Shown here one piece after another: positions 39,684-49,711 of a DNA stretch of 64,000 nucleotides (positions are counted from its first letter, which is position 1; the number at the start of each line of letters is the position of its first letter). Where the stretch lies: contig JACOUT010000009.1 of assembly GCA_016177705.1 (NCBI GenBank), positions 48,057 through 112,056 of the forward strand. The letters are read 5' to 3'. This DNA is from Deltaproteobacteria bacterium. GTDB taxonomy: Bacteria; Myxococcota; UBA727; VGSZ01. The notes beneath the pieces were generated by a model. The model was not told the origin of the DNA. It searched no databases and saw only the letters and a program-made list of their open reading frames with translations. Position numbers and translations under genes: made by a program.

Positions 39684-41327
39684 ATGCGCACGGTCGACGT
39701 CATTGTCATAGGTGGTGGCCACAACGGGCTCGCGGTCGCCTCCTACCTGGCGCACGCCGGTGTGGACGTGCTGGTGCTCGAGCGTCGCGCCGAGTTTGGC
39801 GGCGGCCTGTGCACCGAGGAAGTGACGCTGCCGGGCTTCCAGCACAACCTGCACTCGAACTTCCACGGGGCCATGCCCTTCTTCCCGCCCTTTGGCGACT
39901 TCCAGCTCGAGAAGCGCGGCGCCATCTACCTGCACCCGCCGGCCAACACCGGCATGCCGTTGAAGGACGGCCGTGCGCTCGTGCTCTACACCGACGAGCT
40001 GCGCTCCTACGAGGAGCTGGCGCGCTTTTCCAAGAAGGACGCCGAGGCCTGGCTCGAGCTGCGCGGGCAGATGATGAACCACGTCGAGGAGCTGCTCGGC
40101 AGCGGCTACTCGCCGCCCATCGACGACGAGAGCGCCGAGCCCTACCTCGCCAGGGAGCTCGACTCCTGGTTCAAGCAGGGCGTCACCGCCATGTCGGCGG
40201 TAGAGCTGGTGCGCTCGCGCTTCGAAAACCCGCACGTGCAGGCGCTGTTGCTCTTCCACATGGCCGTCGGCGGCTGGGACGTGCGCGAGCCGGGGCTGGC
40301 GCCGCTCGGCATCGCCTTCCTCGCCTACATCACCAACTGGCAGCTTTGTCGCGGCGGCTCGCACCACCTGGCGCACCTGCTCGGCGGCGTGCTGCTCGAG
40401 GCCGGCGGCGACCTGCGCGAGGACTGCCAGGTCGCGCGCATCATGGTCGAGCACGGCCGCGCCACCGGCGTGGTGTTGACGACGGGCGAGAAGATCGCGG
40501 CGAGGAAGGCCGTGGTCTCCACGGTCGACCCCCACCAGACCTTCCGCACCATGCTCGACGAGGGCGAGCTGCCCGAGGGCATGCCCGCGCGCGTCGACGC
40601 CGTTACCTATGGCCATGGCGACGTGCTGTTCGGCGTGCACCTCGCCCTCGACGAGGCTCCTCGCTACACGGCGGCCAAGGGCAACCCCGACATCGATCGC
40701 ACCTTCAACATCAACATCGGCTACGAGCGACCCGAGGATCTGATCGAGCACTACGCCGAGATCGATCGCAAGGAGCTGCCGAAGGTGCCGCGCCTGCAGG
40801 TGGGCGTGAACACGCTGTTCGACCCCTCGCAGGCGCCGCCCGGCAAGCACACCGCCATCCTGTGGCAGTTCGTGCCGTACGAGCCCGACGGCAAGGACCC
40901 GTCGATGTGGGACCGCATCAAGGGCGAGTACGCCGAGCGCTGCATCGCCGCCTGGCGCGAGTACGCGCCCAACATCACCGGCGACAAGATCTTGGGCAGC
41001 TACGCCTACTCGCCGCATGACACGGCGCGCAAGCTCATCAACATGCGTCGCGGCGGTTTTCACTGCGCGGCGGTGCTGCAGAAGCAGGCGATCTACCGGC
41101 GGCCCGTCAAGGACGTCGGCACCATGAGGACGCCCATCGAGGGCCTCTACCTGGGCGGCTCCTCCTGCCACCCGCACGGCGGCATCACCGCGGGGCCCGG
41201 CTACAACTGCTTCCAGTTGCTGGTCGAGGACCTCAAGCTCAAGACGCCGCACGTCGGCAACAAGTTCTGGGAGCCGGTGCGCGATCAGTGGCGCGCGCGC
41301 ATGCGAACCATGGGGTTCCGCGTATGA
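39684..41327 (+). CDS. phytoene-desaturase (CrtI)-family NAD(P)/FAD-dependent oxidoreductase, paralog 1
   Basis: VDVIVIGGGHNGLAVASYLAHAG dinucleotide-binding motif. Length 547 aa. Confidence 0.75.
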   Translation: MRTVDVIVIGGGHNGLAVASYLAHAGVDVLVLERRAEFGGGLCTEEVTLPGFQHNLHSNFHGAMPFFPPFGDFQLEKRGAIYLHPPANTGMPLKDGRALVLYTDELRSYEELARFSKKDAEAWLELRGQMMNHVEELLGSGYSPPIDDESAEPYLARELDSWFKQGVTAMSAVELVRSRFENPHVQALLLFHMAVGGWDVREPGLAPLGIAFLAYITNWQLCRGGSHHLAHLLGGVLLEAGGDLREDCQVARIMVEHGRATGVVLTTGEKIAARKAVVSTVDPHQTFRTMLDEGELPEGMPARVDAVTYGHGDVLFGVHLALDEAPRYTAAKGNPDIDRTFNINIGYERPEDLIEHYAEIDRKELPKVPRLQVGVNTLFDPSQAPPGKHTAILWQFVPYEPDGKDPSMWDRIKGEYAERCIAAWREYAPNITGDKILGSYAYSPHDTARKLINMRRGGFHCAAVLQKQAIYRRPVKDVGTMRTPIEGLYLGGSSCHPHGGITAGPGYNCFQLLVEDLKLKTPHVGNKFWEPVRDQWRARMRTMGFRV

Positions 41328-42913
41328 GCCACGTCGAGTCGAGCTACGACGTCGTGGTCATCGGCGGCGGCCACAACGGGCTCATCTGCGCCAACTATTT
41401 GCAGCGCGCCGGCCTGTCGACGTGCGTCTTCGAGGCGCGCCTGGAGGCGGGCGGCGGCCTGTGCACCGAGGAGACCACCATCCCGGGCCACCTGCACAAC
41501 CTCGCCTCGGTCTTTCACGACGCGGTCGAGGTCATGCCGGCCATGAAGGACCTGGAGCTGTCGCGCTTCGGCATGGAGTACCTGCGCCCCGAGGTGCAGC
41601 TCGGCCTGGCGCTGCGGGAGGGCCGGCCCTTCTTGCAGTACGACACCGTCGACAAGACCTGCCGCGCGATCGAGCGCAGGAGCCACGCCGACGCCGCCGC
41701 CTGGAACGCGATGGCCGAGGGCTACGACGAGTACTTCCGCACGCTCATCATGCCCGCGCTGTACGCGCCGCCGCCCAAGGCCTCCGAACAGGCGCTGGCG
41801 CTCGAGGAGACCGAGCAGGGCAGGGGCTTTTTGCGCATGCTGCGCGCCGCCCCGGTCGACGTCGCGTGTGACACCTTCGCCGACGAGGCGACGCGGGCGG
41901 CGCTGTTGTTTCAGCTCTTGGTGCCGCGCGGCGTGGTCTACGACTCGGCCGGGCTCGGCATGATGATCCCGCTCGTCGTCACCGGCATCGAGCAGTCGCA
42001 CCTCGCCAAAGGCGGCTCGCACCACCTGGCGCATGCGCTGTGGCGCGCGCTCCTGTCGGCCAAGGGCAAGCTGCGCGGTACCCTCAAGGTGAGCGAGATC
42101 GTCGTCGAGGGCGGTCGCGCCGTCGGCGTCGTGCTCGAGACCGGCGAGCGCGTCAAGGCGACCAAGGCGGTGGTCTCGGCCATCGACATCGAGCAGACCT
42201 TCCTGGAGCTGGTGGCCGAGAAGCACCTGCCGGCCACCTTCCGAAAGACCGTCGCGAGCCACAAGCCCGACGAGTTCTCGCTGTTCGGCGTGCACCTCGC
42301 GCTGCGCGAGCCGCCGCGCTACCGCGGCGCGGCGATGGAACCCGACCTCGACCGCGCCTACAAGGTCGGCATCGGCTTCGAGACGGTCGCCGACTTCCAC
42401 GAGCTGTTCGCCGACGTGCGTCTGGGCCGCCTGCCTGAGAAGCCGAGGATGTTCGCCTGCTGCCCGACGCTGTTCGACCACACGCAGGCGCCGCCCGAGC
42501 GGCACACCGCCTTCTGCTGGGCGATCGCGCCGTACCGCCTGCGAGACGGCGGCGCCGACGCGTGGGACCGGCACTCGGCCTCGTTCGCCAAGCGCTGCCT
42601 CGAGGCCTGGCGCGAGGTGGCGCCCAACGTCGGTGGCGACAACATCCTCGCCATGCGCACGCTGTCGCCGCGCGACATCCCACGCAAATTCGCCAACATG
42701 CGCGAGGGCGGGGTCTTTGGTGGGCGCATGTCGCAAGACCAGCTCGACGCCTTCCGGCCCCTCCCCGAGCTGTCCGACTTCCGCACTCCACTGAAGGGCC
42801 TGTACCTGGCGGGCGCGAGCCAGCACCCCGGGGGCGGTATCCTGGGAGCGTGCGGCGCCATCGCCGCCGAGGCCGTGGCGGAAGACCTGCGCATTCACCC
42901 CTGGTGGTCCTGA
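41324..42913 (+). CDS. phytoene-desaturase (CrtI)-family NAD(P)/FAD-dependent oxidoreductase, paralog 2
   Basis: YDVVVIGGGHNGLICANYLQRAG. It shares the same architecture and many conserved blocks with paralog 1. The start overlaps the previous stop (ATGA). Confidence 0.75.
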   Translation: MSHVESSYDVVVIGGGHNGLICANYLQRAGLSTCVFEARLEAGGGLCTEETTIPGHLHNLASVFHDAVEVMPAMKDLELSRFGMEYLRPEVQLGLALREGRPFLQYDTVDKTCRAIERRSHADAAAWNAMAEGYDEYFRTLIMPALYAPPPKASEQALALEETEQGRGFLRMLRAAPVDVACDTFADEATRAALLFQLLVPRGVVYDSAGLGMMIPLVVTGIEQSHLAKGGSHHLAHALWRALLSAKGKLRGTLKVSEIVVEGGRAVGVVLETGERVKATKAVVSAIDIEQTFLELVAEKHLPATFRKTVASHKPDEFSLFGVHLALREPPRYRGAAMEPDLDRAYKVGIGFETVADFHELFADVRLGRLPEKPRMFACCPTLFDHTQAPPERHTAFCWAIAPYRLRDGGADAWDRHSASFAKRCLEAWREVAPNVGGDNILAMRTLSPRDIPRKFANMREGGVFGGRMSQDQLDAFRPLPELSDFRTPLKGLYLAGASQHPGGGILGACGAIAAEAVAEDLRIHPWWS

Positions 42914-43443
42914 TGCTCGCGACGAGCGGCGAAGTGCTGGTGGCGTGCGGGCTCGAGGATGCCTGGGCGCTGTTCAACCGCTTCGACGAGGTGGCCACGC
43001 TCATCCCCACGCTCAAGTCGATCGAGTTCCGCGAGGACGAGATCTGGGCCACCATGGGCGTGCAGCTCGGCGTCATCTCGGTGACGAGCCGCGTGATGCT
43101 GCACGTGGTGCACCTCGCCCCGTGGCGCATCACCGCCGAGGGCTGGTCGTTTCTGGGCGAGACCATCAGCACGCAGATCAACAAGAACGGCGCTGCCGGC
43201 ATCGAGAAGGACGCCAAGGGCAAGCTCACCATCCACCTCGAGCTCGAGCCGGTGAACGGCGTCGGTGTCCTCGTCAAATACGCCGCCGAGGTGGAGGCGT
43301 TCGGGCGGCTCAAGCGCATCTACCAGTCGATCTTGAAGAGCAAGGCGCCGCCCTTGATGGAGGAGTTCGCCGAGCGGCTGCGCATGGCGCTCGACATCGG
43401 CGTCGACATCTCGCTCACCTCGCTCGAGGGGCCGCCGCTGTGA
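42913..43443 (+). CDS. SRPBCC-superfamily (CoxG / polyketide cyclase-like) protein
   Basis: 176 aa. ATG overlaps the stop of the preceding gene. Sequence pattern consistent with the CoxG/SRPBCC family. Confidence 0.5.
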   Translation: MLATSGEVLVACGLEDAWALFNRFDEVATLIPTLKSIEFREDEIWATMGVQLGVISVTSRVMLHVVHLAPWRITAEGWSFLGETISTQINKNGAAGIEKDAKGKLTIHLELEPVNGVGVLVKYAAEVEAFGRLKRIYQSILKSKAPPLMEEFAERLRMALDIGVDISLTSLEGPPL

Positions 43444-43453
43444 GAAAGAAGAC

Positions 43454-43711
43454 GTGAAGATCATCTCGAAGTTCCTCACCGCCGACGTGCGCCTGACCCG
43501 CATCTCGATCAAGGAGGGCAAGATCGAGATGACCGGCGTGGTCAAGGAGTTCATGCCCATCGAGATCGAGGTCAGCTTCGCGGACGTGCGCGCGACCGCG
43601 AAGCTGGTCGGCGAGGAGCTCAAGAAGGTGCCGCGGCGCGCGCTCGCGCGAGTGAAGGCGCGCGTGCCGTTCTTTGGCGGTAGAGCGGGCGAGGGCGAGA
43701 CCGCCGGCTGA
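43454..43711 (+). CDS. small hypothetical protein
   Basis: 85 aa, 10 nt after the SRPBCC gene. Lys/Glu-rich. No motif recognised. Confidence 0.4.
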   Translation: MKIISKFLTADVRLTRISIKEGKIEMTGVVKEFMPIEIEVSFADVRATAKLVGEELKKVPRRALARVKARVPFFGGRAGEGETAG

Positions 43712-43877
43712 CGACGTCGTCGTGCGGCGGCGGTCCTTGAACCGCTTCAGGGTTGCCGTCGTAGCGGGTCCTGTCACCCGACGCCGTTTCTTGCGCGCGC
43801 GCCAAAGCTCGCGCGCTCCAGAAACGCCGCCGGGTGCCACCCGCCGGCGCAGGTTCGTGCAGGTTCGGCGCATTCTT

Positions 43878-43919
43878 ACGGACCGTTAGGCTCTGTCGTC
43901 GTCAGCGCCTAACGGTCCG
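43878..43919. promoter_or_regulatory. 13-bp perfect inverted repeat (cggaccgttaggc–N15–gcctaacggtccg) upstream of the ECF sigma gene
   Basis: Read directly from the sequence. It lies about 50–90 nt upstream of the sigma factor start. No downstream T-tract, so it is more likely an operator than an intrinsic terminator. Confidence 0.45.
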
Positions 43920-43967
43920 CAGGTCGAGGGCGAAGGTCGCGCGCGGTTCGTGCCATGGTTACCCGCC

Positions 43968-44681
43968 ATGGCCCGCTTCGCCTCGACCCGCTGGAGCCTG
44001 ATCGCGCGCGCCCGCGCCGACGATGCGGTCGCGGCGTCCGAGGCGTTTGGCGCGCTGTTCGTCGCCTACCGCGATCCGCTCTACGCCTTCCTGCGGCGCA
44101 GCGGCGCTTCCCCCGAGGACGCCCTCGATCGCATGCAGGATCTGTTCGCCGGCATGCTCGCCCGGCGCGACCTCGAGAGAGTGGCGCCGGAGCGCGGGCG
44201 CTTTCGCGATTGGCTGCTCGCCGCCGCGCGCCACACGCTGTCGAACGCTAGAGACAAGGAGCGCGCCGCCAAGCGCGGCGGCGGCGCCGTGCCGCTCTCG
44301 CTCGACGCGCGCGCGGTCGAGGACGGCTACGCCTTGGATCCGGGGCACGACCTCACGCCCGAAAAGCTCTACCTGCGCCGCTTCGCGCTCGCCACCATCG
44401 CGGCCGCGCTGGCGGCGCTGCGCGTGGAGTGTGAGCAGGTGGGCAAGCTCGCGCGCTTCGAGGCGCTGCGGCCCGCGCTCGTCGGTGACCTGCCGGAGGG
44501 GGGCTATCAGGAGATTGGCGCGTCGCTCGGCTTGGGCGAGAACGCCGCCAAGCAGGAGGGGCACCGGTTGCGTACCCGATTCCGCGAGCTGGTGCGGGCG
44601 CAGGTGGCCGACACCCTCGATGACGACGAGCCCGCCGCGGTGGAGGCGGAGCTGCGCTCGCTGCTCGCCGAGATCTCGTAG
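43968..44681 (+). CDS. ECF-type sigma factor of the TRWSLI N-terminal class (Ser/Thr-kinase-associated type)
   Basis: MARFASTRWSLIARA N-terminus. Region-4-like YQEIGASLGLGENAAKQEGHRLRTRFRELV. A Ser/Thr kinase gene follows. Confidence 0.65.
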   Translation: MARFASTRWSLIARARADDAVAASEAFGALFVAYRDPLYAFLRRSGASPEDALDRMQDLFAGMLARRDLERVAPERGRFRDWLLAAARHTLSNARDKERAAKRGGGAVPLSLDARAVEDGYALDPGHDLTPEKLYLRRFALATIAAALAALRVECEQVGKLARFEALRPALVGDLPEGGYQEIGASLGLGENAAKQEGHRLRTRFRELVRAQVADTLDDDEPAAVEAELRSLLAEIS

Positions 44682-44843
44682 TACGGCCGTAACCGCGGCG
44701 CGTGCCTCCGTCTCAAGGGGATGGAGGTTGCGATGCACCCACGAGAAGCGCCGCCGTGCACGTCCGCAGGGTTCCTTGCCTTCGGAGGCGCAGGTCAGGC
44801 GTCCAGCGGTGGGCTCCGATCGCACGGAACCTCGAGCGGCCGG

Positions 44844-45317
44844 ATGCTGACCGTGCCGCTGAGCTCCAGCCTTGAACCCATTCTCGCTCCGCTCGGTTTG
44901 GTCTCGTCAATCGCATTTCTCATCCCCCATGGCTGCACGTGGGCCGCGCTCCTAAACGTGGTCATCTTCGTCGCGTGCGCACTGGGCTCGGCCGGGACTC
45001 GTAAGGTCGATGCAGATCTTGAAATCCTCCCGTGTGGCAGCCTCACCGTGACGTTTCGTCGGCCGCTCGGAGAGCGAACCGTGACCGTGTCTGCCTCGTC
45101 GGTGCGTGCGCTCGCGCTCGTCGAAGTCGTGGACGAGGGTTCGACCTGGGAAGCGCGGTTGTTGTTTCACGACCGCGCTCCTCTGGATCTCGGCATTGCG
45201 AACGACAGTGCGCCGACCATCGCGCAGTTCCTTCAGATCCCCCTGGAGCGCCACCCGGACGGTGCAGCTCCGTACGTTCCAGCTCCCGCCAGCGCTACGC
45301 TCGCTGCCGACGCATGA
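44844..45317 (+). CDS. small hypothetical membrane protein in a locally low-GC segment
   Basis: Part of ORF 44721..45317. One predicted TM segment (IAFLIPHGCTWAALLNVVIFVACALGS). GC content is clearly lower than in the flanks. The start is uncertain. Confidence 0.35.
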   Translation: MLTVPLSSSLEPILAPLGLVSSIAFLIPHGCTWAALLNVVIFVACALGSAGTRKVDADLEILPCGSLTVTFRRPLGERTVTVSASSVRALALVEVVDEGSTWEARLLFHDRAPLDLGIANDSAPTIAQFLQIPLERHPDGAAPYVPAPASATLAADA

Positions 45318-47245
45318 CCGAGCCGAGCGCAGCATGCCCGACCTGCGGCATCTCGATGCCACCGAGCGCTCCAGGTGGGCTCTGTCCTGCGTGCGTGCTC
45401 GGCGCCGCGCTCGCGCCGCCCGAGCCGTCCACCGAGCGGCGCGTCGGCAACTATGAGCTGCTCGACGTCGTCGCGCGCGGAGGGATGGGCGTGGTCTACC
45501 GCGCGCGCGACCTGCGCCTGCAGCGCATCGTGGCGCTCAAGCGCTTGGTGGGCGGCCCGCTCGCCGACGACGGCGAGATGGAGCGGCTGCGCGCCGAGGC
45601 CGCGCGCGCGGCCGCGCTCGATCACCCGGGCATCGTCCCCGTCTACGAGGTGGGCGAGCACGAGGGTGCGCCCTACGTCGCCATGCGCTTGATCGAGGGC
45701 GGCACCCTCACCGATCGGATCGGGCACACCGACGCTCGGCAAGCGGCGACGTTGGTGGCCGCGGTGGCGCACGCGGTGCACCACGCCCACCAGCGCGGCG
45801 TGCTGCACCGCGACCTCAAGCCCGACAACGTCCTCGTCGACGCGCAAGGGCAGCCCGTGGTCGCGGACTTCGGGCTGGCGCGCCGGCTCGGGCAGCGCGG
45901 CTCGAGCACCACCGGCGCCGCCGGCACCCCGGGCTTCATGGCGCCCGAGGTCTTCGACCAGCGCCCGGACGCGCTCACGGTCGCGGTCGACGTCTATGGC
46001 CTCGGCGCGCTGCTCTATGCGCTGTTGTCAGGTCGCGCGCCCATCGAAGGCGACACGCTGGTGCACCACCTGCGCCTGCTGCGCGAGCAGCGACCGGCGG
46101 CCCTGGTCGACGTCGATCGCGATCTCGCGGCCATCTGCCTCAAGTGCTTGGAGAAGAGTCCGACGCATCGCTACCGCTCCGCCGACGGGCTGGCGCACGA
46201 TCTCGAGCGCTGGCTCCGTGGCGACGAGGTGATCGCGCGGCCGCTCGGGCCCATCGATCGCGTGCTGCGCCTGGCAGGCAGCCACCCGCTCGCCTTTGCC
46301 GGCGCGAGCATCGGCGTGCTCATCGTGGTCGCCGTCGCCATCGTCGCCGTGCACGTCGCTCGCACGCAGGAGGTGGAGCTGCGCGAGCGTGCGTATCAGG
46401 CGAACGCCTTCGCCGCGCAGGCGCTCGCCGGCAGCGTGCTGCACGAGCTCGACAAGCTTGCGCTCGCCGTGCGCGCCGCGGCCGACCGTGTGGAGGCCGG
46501 CGCGACGCTCGAGTCCGTGCGCGCCGACCCCGCGCTCGCCCTGGCGGACAGCGTCGCTCGCCTCGACGGGCTGGACGCGATCAAGGTCGCCCGTGCGCCG
46601 CCGGGGGCGCGCCCGCAGGAGGGGCGCGCCTTCGCGTGGCGAGACTACGTCCACGGGCTGCGCGAGCTGCCGGCGCGCGCGGTGCACTTCTCCCGAGCCT
46701 ATCGCTCGACCGTCGACGACACGATCCGCGTCTCGCTCTCGACGACGCTGGCGTCGTCAGGCGGCGCAGCCGCGGATGTCCTCGAGGTCGCGCTTCACGT
46801 CGACCACCGTCTCGGCGATCTCGACCTGTCAAAGGCGCAGACCTGGGCGCTGCTGGCGCGCTGGGATCGGCAGAGCCCGGAGGGGGCACTGCCGGATGAC
46901 TGGGCCATCGTGGTCCACGAGGCGCTCGACCCGCACGCGGCGCCGCTGCTGCTGCGCCTTTCCCCGCTTGGCGACGCGCCGACGCGCCTCGAGTGCCACC
47001 GCGACCCGGTGCCGGGTTTCGAGGGCTGCTGGCTCGCCGCCGCCGCCCTCGTGCCGGCGACGCCCTACGCGGTCATCGTGCAGACGCGCGACTTGGAGGT
47101 GCTGGCGCCCAAGGAGCGTCTGGTCTCGCGCCTGCTCGCCACCGTAGCCATCGCCGCGCTGGTTGGCGGCGCCGCGACGCTGCTGCTCGCCGCGCTCGCT
47201 CGTGCGCGTCGGCGCCGGCGTGCTCGGCCGCGGGCCGCCGGGTAG
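45313..47245 (+). CDS. Ser/Thr protein kinase with an N-terminal Cys4 zinc ribbon, a TM helix and a C-terminal extracytoplasmic domain
   Basis: CPTCG…CPAC. Kinase subdomains VALKRL, HRDLKPDNVLV, DFGLAR and GTPGFMAPE. TM segment LAFAGASIGVLIVVAVAIVAV. A C-terminal sensor-like domain of about 280 aa. Confidence 0.88.
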
Positions 47246-47323
47246 TCCCCTCGAGGGTGGCACCCGTGCGGTTGCAGACGGCGAGCTGGTCGTCACCTGC
47301 AACGGCGCGATACGCTCGTCACA

Positions 47324-47863
47324 GTGACGACGACGTACTGGGGCTGCTCGGTGATCGCGCTGACCGCGTTGCTCGCTTCCGGGGCGCGCGCGGCGGGCCC
47401 CGTCGCGGACGCGCCGCCCGAGCGCCCGGCGATGACCGAGCAGACACCGGCGGAGTCGAGCGCGTGGCTGATCAGCGTGGGCGCGCTTGGCGGCGCCGTC
47501 GGCTACGGCCTCGGCGTCATCGCGGCGACCGTAGCGACCAACGGCGCCAACCCGGTCAACGCCGCCCTGCAGCACCCCGGCGAGTGGGGCCTGATCCTCA
47601 CCGGGCTCTTGGTGCCGATTCCGATGACCGGGCTGATGGCGGGCGCGGTCACGCTGCTGGCACGCGACTGGGTGACCGGGCTCGCCGTGGCCGCCGCCAC
47701 CGCCGGCGTTGCTTTGGTCGGACACGGCACGCTGCTGGTCATCGGCGCCGCGGGCATCGGCGAGTGGGGGTGGCAGATCGAGGGGGTCGCGCTGGTCGTC
47801 GTCGGGGCGCTGGTGGCGACCGCGGGCGGTGCCACCGCCGGGCTGGTGCAGCTCGTGGAGTAG
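47324..47863 (+). CDS. hypothetical Gly/Ala-rich membrane protein
   Basis: Signal or TM N-terminus and several glycine-zipper TM segments. 179 aa. Confidence 0.45.
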   Translation: MTTTYWGCSVIALTALLASGARAAGPVADAPPERPAMTEQTPAESSAWLISVGALGGAVGYGLGVIAATVATNGANPVNAALQHPGEWGLILTGLLVPIPMTGLMAGAVTLLARDWVTGLAVAAATAGVALVGHGTLLVIGAAGIGEWGWQIEGVALVVVGALVATAGGATAGLVQLVE

Positions 47864-47912
47864 CCGGAACGAGACCGCGCATGCCGCACCGAGCCGTGCT
47901 ATCGCGCCCGCC

Positions 47913-49106
47913 ATGCACGTCGCCATCGTCGGCGCCGGCCCCGCCGGCTCCTCCGCGGCCACCTTCCTCGCACGCGCCGGCGCTCGCGTCACGCTGCTCG
48001 AGCGCGCGCGCTTCCCGCGTGACAAGGTGTGCGGCGACGGTCTGACGCCGCGCTCCGTCTGGATGCTCGAGCAGCTCGGTCTGATCGCGCGTGACGCGGG
48101 GCCGCCGCCGGGCGGGCAGGCGATCACCAGCGTCTACCTGGCGTCGCCGGGCGGCGTGGTCGTGAAGGCGCCCATGCCCGCGCACGTCTTTGGCGGCAAG
48201 TCGGCGGTGGTGCCGCGCGAGCTGCTCGACGAGCAGCTCGTGCACCTCGCGACGGCCGCGGGCGCCACGCTGCGCGAGGACGCGACGGTCGAAGGGCTCG
48301 CGCTGCACGAGCGCGGCGTCACCGTCACATTGCGCGGCGGCGAGCGCATCGACGCCGACGTGGTGCTCGGCTGCGACGGCTCGCCGTCGGTGGTGCGCAA
48401 GCTGCTCGGCGCGCCCGACTTCCCCGACGAGGACGCGGCCTTCGCGGTGCGCGTCTACTACGAGGGCCTCTCGCTCTCGCACCCCGACGCCTACGCGATC
48501 TTCTGGGAGGGAGAGCTGCTGCCGGCGTACGGCTGGATCTTCCCGCTGCCAAACGGGCGGGCCAACGTCGGCGTGGGGCTGCGCACCGATCGCATGAGGA
48601 GAGCCGGCAGCAAGCTGCCCGAGCTGCTCGATCGCTTCTGCGCCATGCCGCGCGCCGCAGCCGAGCTCGCCGGCGGTCGACGCGTCGGGCGCGTGCGCGG
48701 GCACCACCTGCCGTTCGGCACCTTCGCGCGCCACCTGGTGTGGGATCGCTGCCTGCTGCTCGGCGACGCCGCCGGCTTCATCAACCCGCTCACCGGCGAG
48801 GGCATCGAGTTCGCGCTCGAGAGCGGCATGCTCGCGGCCGAGGCGCTCATCGCCGCAGAGCGCGCGGGCTCCTTCGCGCGCGCGCAGCTCAGCTCCTACG
48901 AGCGGCGCTGCGGTGAGCGCTTCACGCATGCGTTCCGCCAGAACGGCAAGCTGCAGCGCGTCTTCGAGCACCCGCGGCTGATCGACAACCTGATGCGCTC
49001 GGCCAACCGCTCCCAACGCGTGCTCGACGAGCTGGCGAGCGTGCTGCTCGGCGAGGCGCCGCGCATCGGCGTGCGGCTGGTCGCCGCGGTCGCGCTCGGC
49101 GTGTGA
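47913..49106 (+). CDS. geranylgeranyl reductase-family FAD-dependent oxidoreductase
   Basis: MHVAIVGAGPAGSSAATFLARAGARVTLLER…KVCGDGLTP…GDAAGFINPLTGEGI. Confidence 0.8.
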   Translation: MHVAIVGAGPAGSSAATFLARAGARVTLLERARFPRDKVCGDGLTPRSVWMLEQLGLIARDAGPPPGGQAITSVYLASPGGVVVKAPMPAHVFGGKSAVVPRELLDEQLVHLATAAGATLREDATVEGLALHERGVTVTLRGGERIDADVVLGCDGSPSVVRKLLGAPDFPDEDAAFAVRVYYEGLSLSHPDAYAIFWEGELLPAYGWIFPLPNGRANVGVGLRTDRMRRAGSKLPELLDRFCAMPRAAAELAGGRRVGRVRGHHLPFGTFARHLVWDRCLLLGDAAGFINPLTGEGIEFALESGMLAAEALIAAERAGSFARAQLSSYERRCGERFTHAFRQNGKLQRVFEHPRLIDNLMRSANRSQRVLDELASVLLGEAPRIGVRLVAAVALGV

Positions 49107-49107
49107 C

Positions 49108-49656
49108 TCAGCCCACGTCCTCGCCGTCGTAGTAGTCGACCGCGTCCTTGCGCCGGCTCAAGTGGCGCAGCCACGGCTGGCCCGCGCGCGCGGCGTCGAC
49201 CGAGGGGGAGGCGCTCGCGCCCACCTTGCCCGAGTCGGGGTAGCCGACCACCTCGGGGGTCTTCAGCGTCGAGAAACACAGGTAGCGCAAGGGCACGTTG
49301 CCGGTGTTGACGATCATGTGTGCACCGTCGGGCCCGACCAGGAAGGTGACGTAGTCGCCGGCGCGCACCGCGACCTTGCGCTCGCCGATGTGCGCCGTGC
49401 CCTCGCCCTCGAGCACGAACACCGCCTCCTCGTTGGCCGCATGCCAATGGCGCGGGAAGGCGGTCTTGCCCGGCGGCTGGTCGTAGAAGGAACAGCCGAC
49501 GCCCTGCGAGCCGGTGGCGGCGCCGAGCCCCTTCGACGTGTAGCCGAAGCGGGCGCCGGTGGAGCTGGGTCGACCTTCCAGCTCATCGAGGTTGACGACG
49601 TTCGGGTGACGACGATCGGCCATGAGGCGCTCCGAGATGGTCGCGCTTGATAGCAC
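49108..49656 (-). CDS. cupin-domain protein
   Basis: AFPRHWHAANEEAVFVLEGEGTAHIGERKVAVRAGDYVTF, a typical cupin beta-barrel motif pair. Confidence 0.65.
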   Translation of the reverse strand: MLSSATISERLMADRRHPNVVNLDELEGRPSSTGARFGYTSKGLGAATGSQGVGCSFYDQPPGKTAFPRHWHAANEEAVFVLEGEGTAHIGERKVAVRAGDYVTFLVGPDGAHMIVNTGNVPLRYLCFSTLKTPEVVGYPDSGKVGASASPSVDAARAGQPWLRHLSRRKDAVDYYDGEDVG

Positions 49657-49711
49657 GGCCGGTCAGCGGTCACCCCGTGCGCGGCGCGAGGCAGGGTGCT
49701 ACCGCGCGCTC

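Noticed and set aside
44860-45110. The low-GC patch as a mobile element
   Set aside because: There are no flanking direct or inverted repeats and no transposase or integrase. It is kept only as a compositional anomaly inside a small ORF (reported as a finding).
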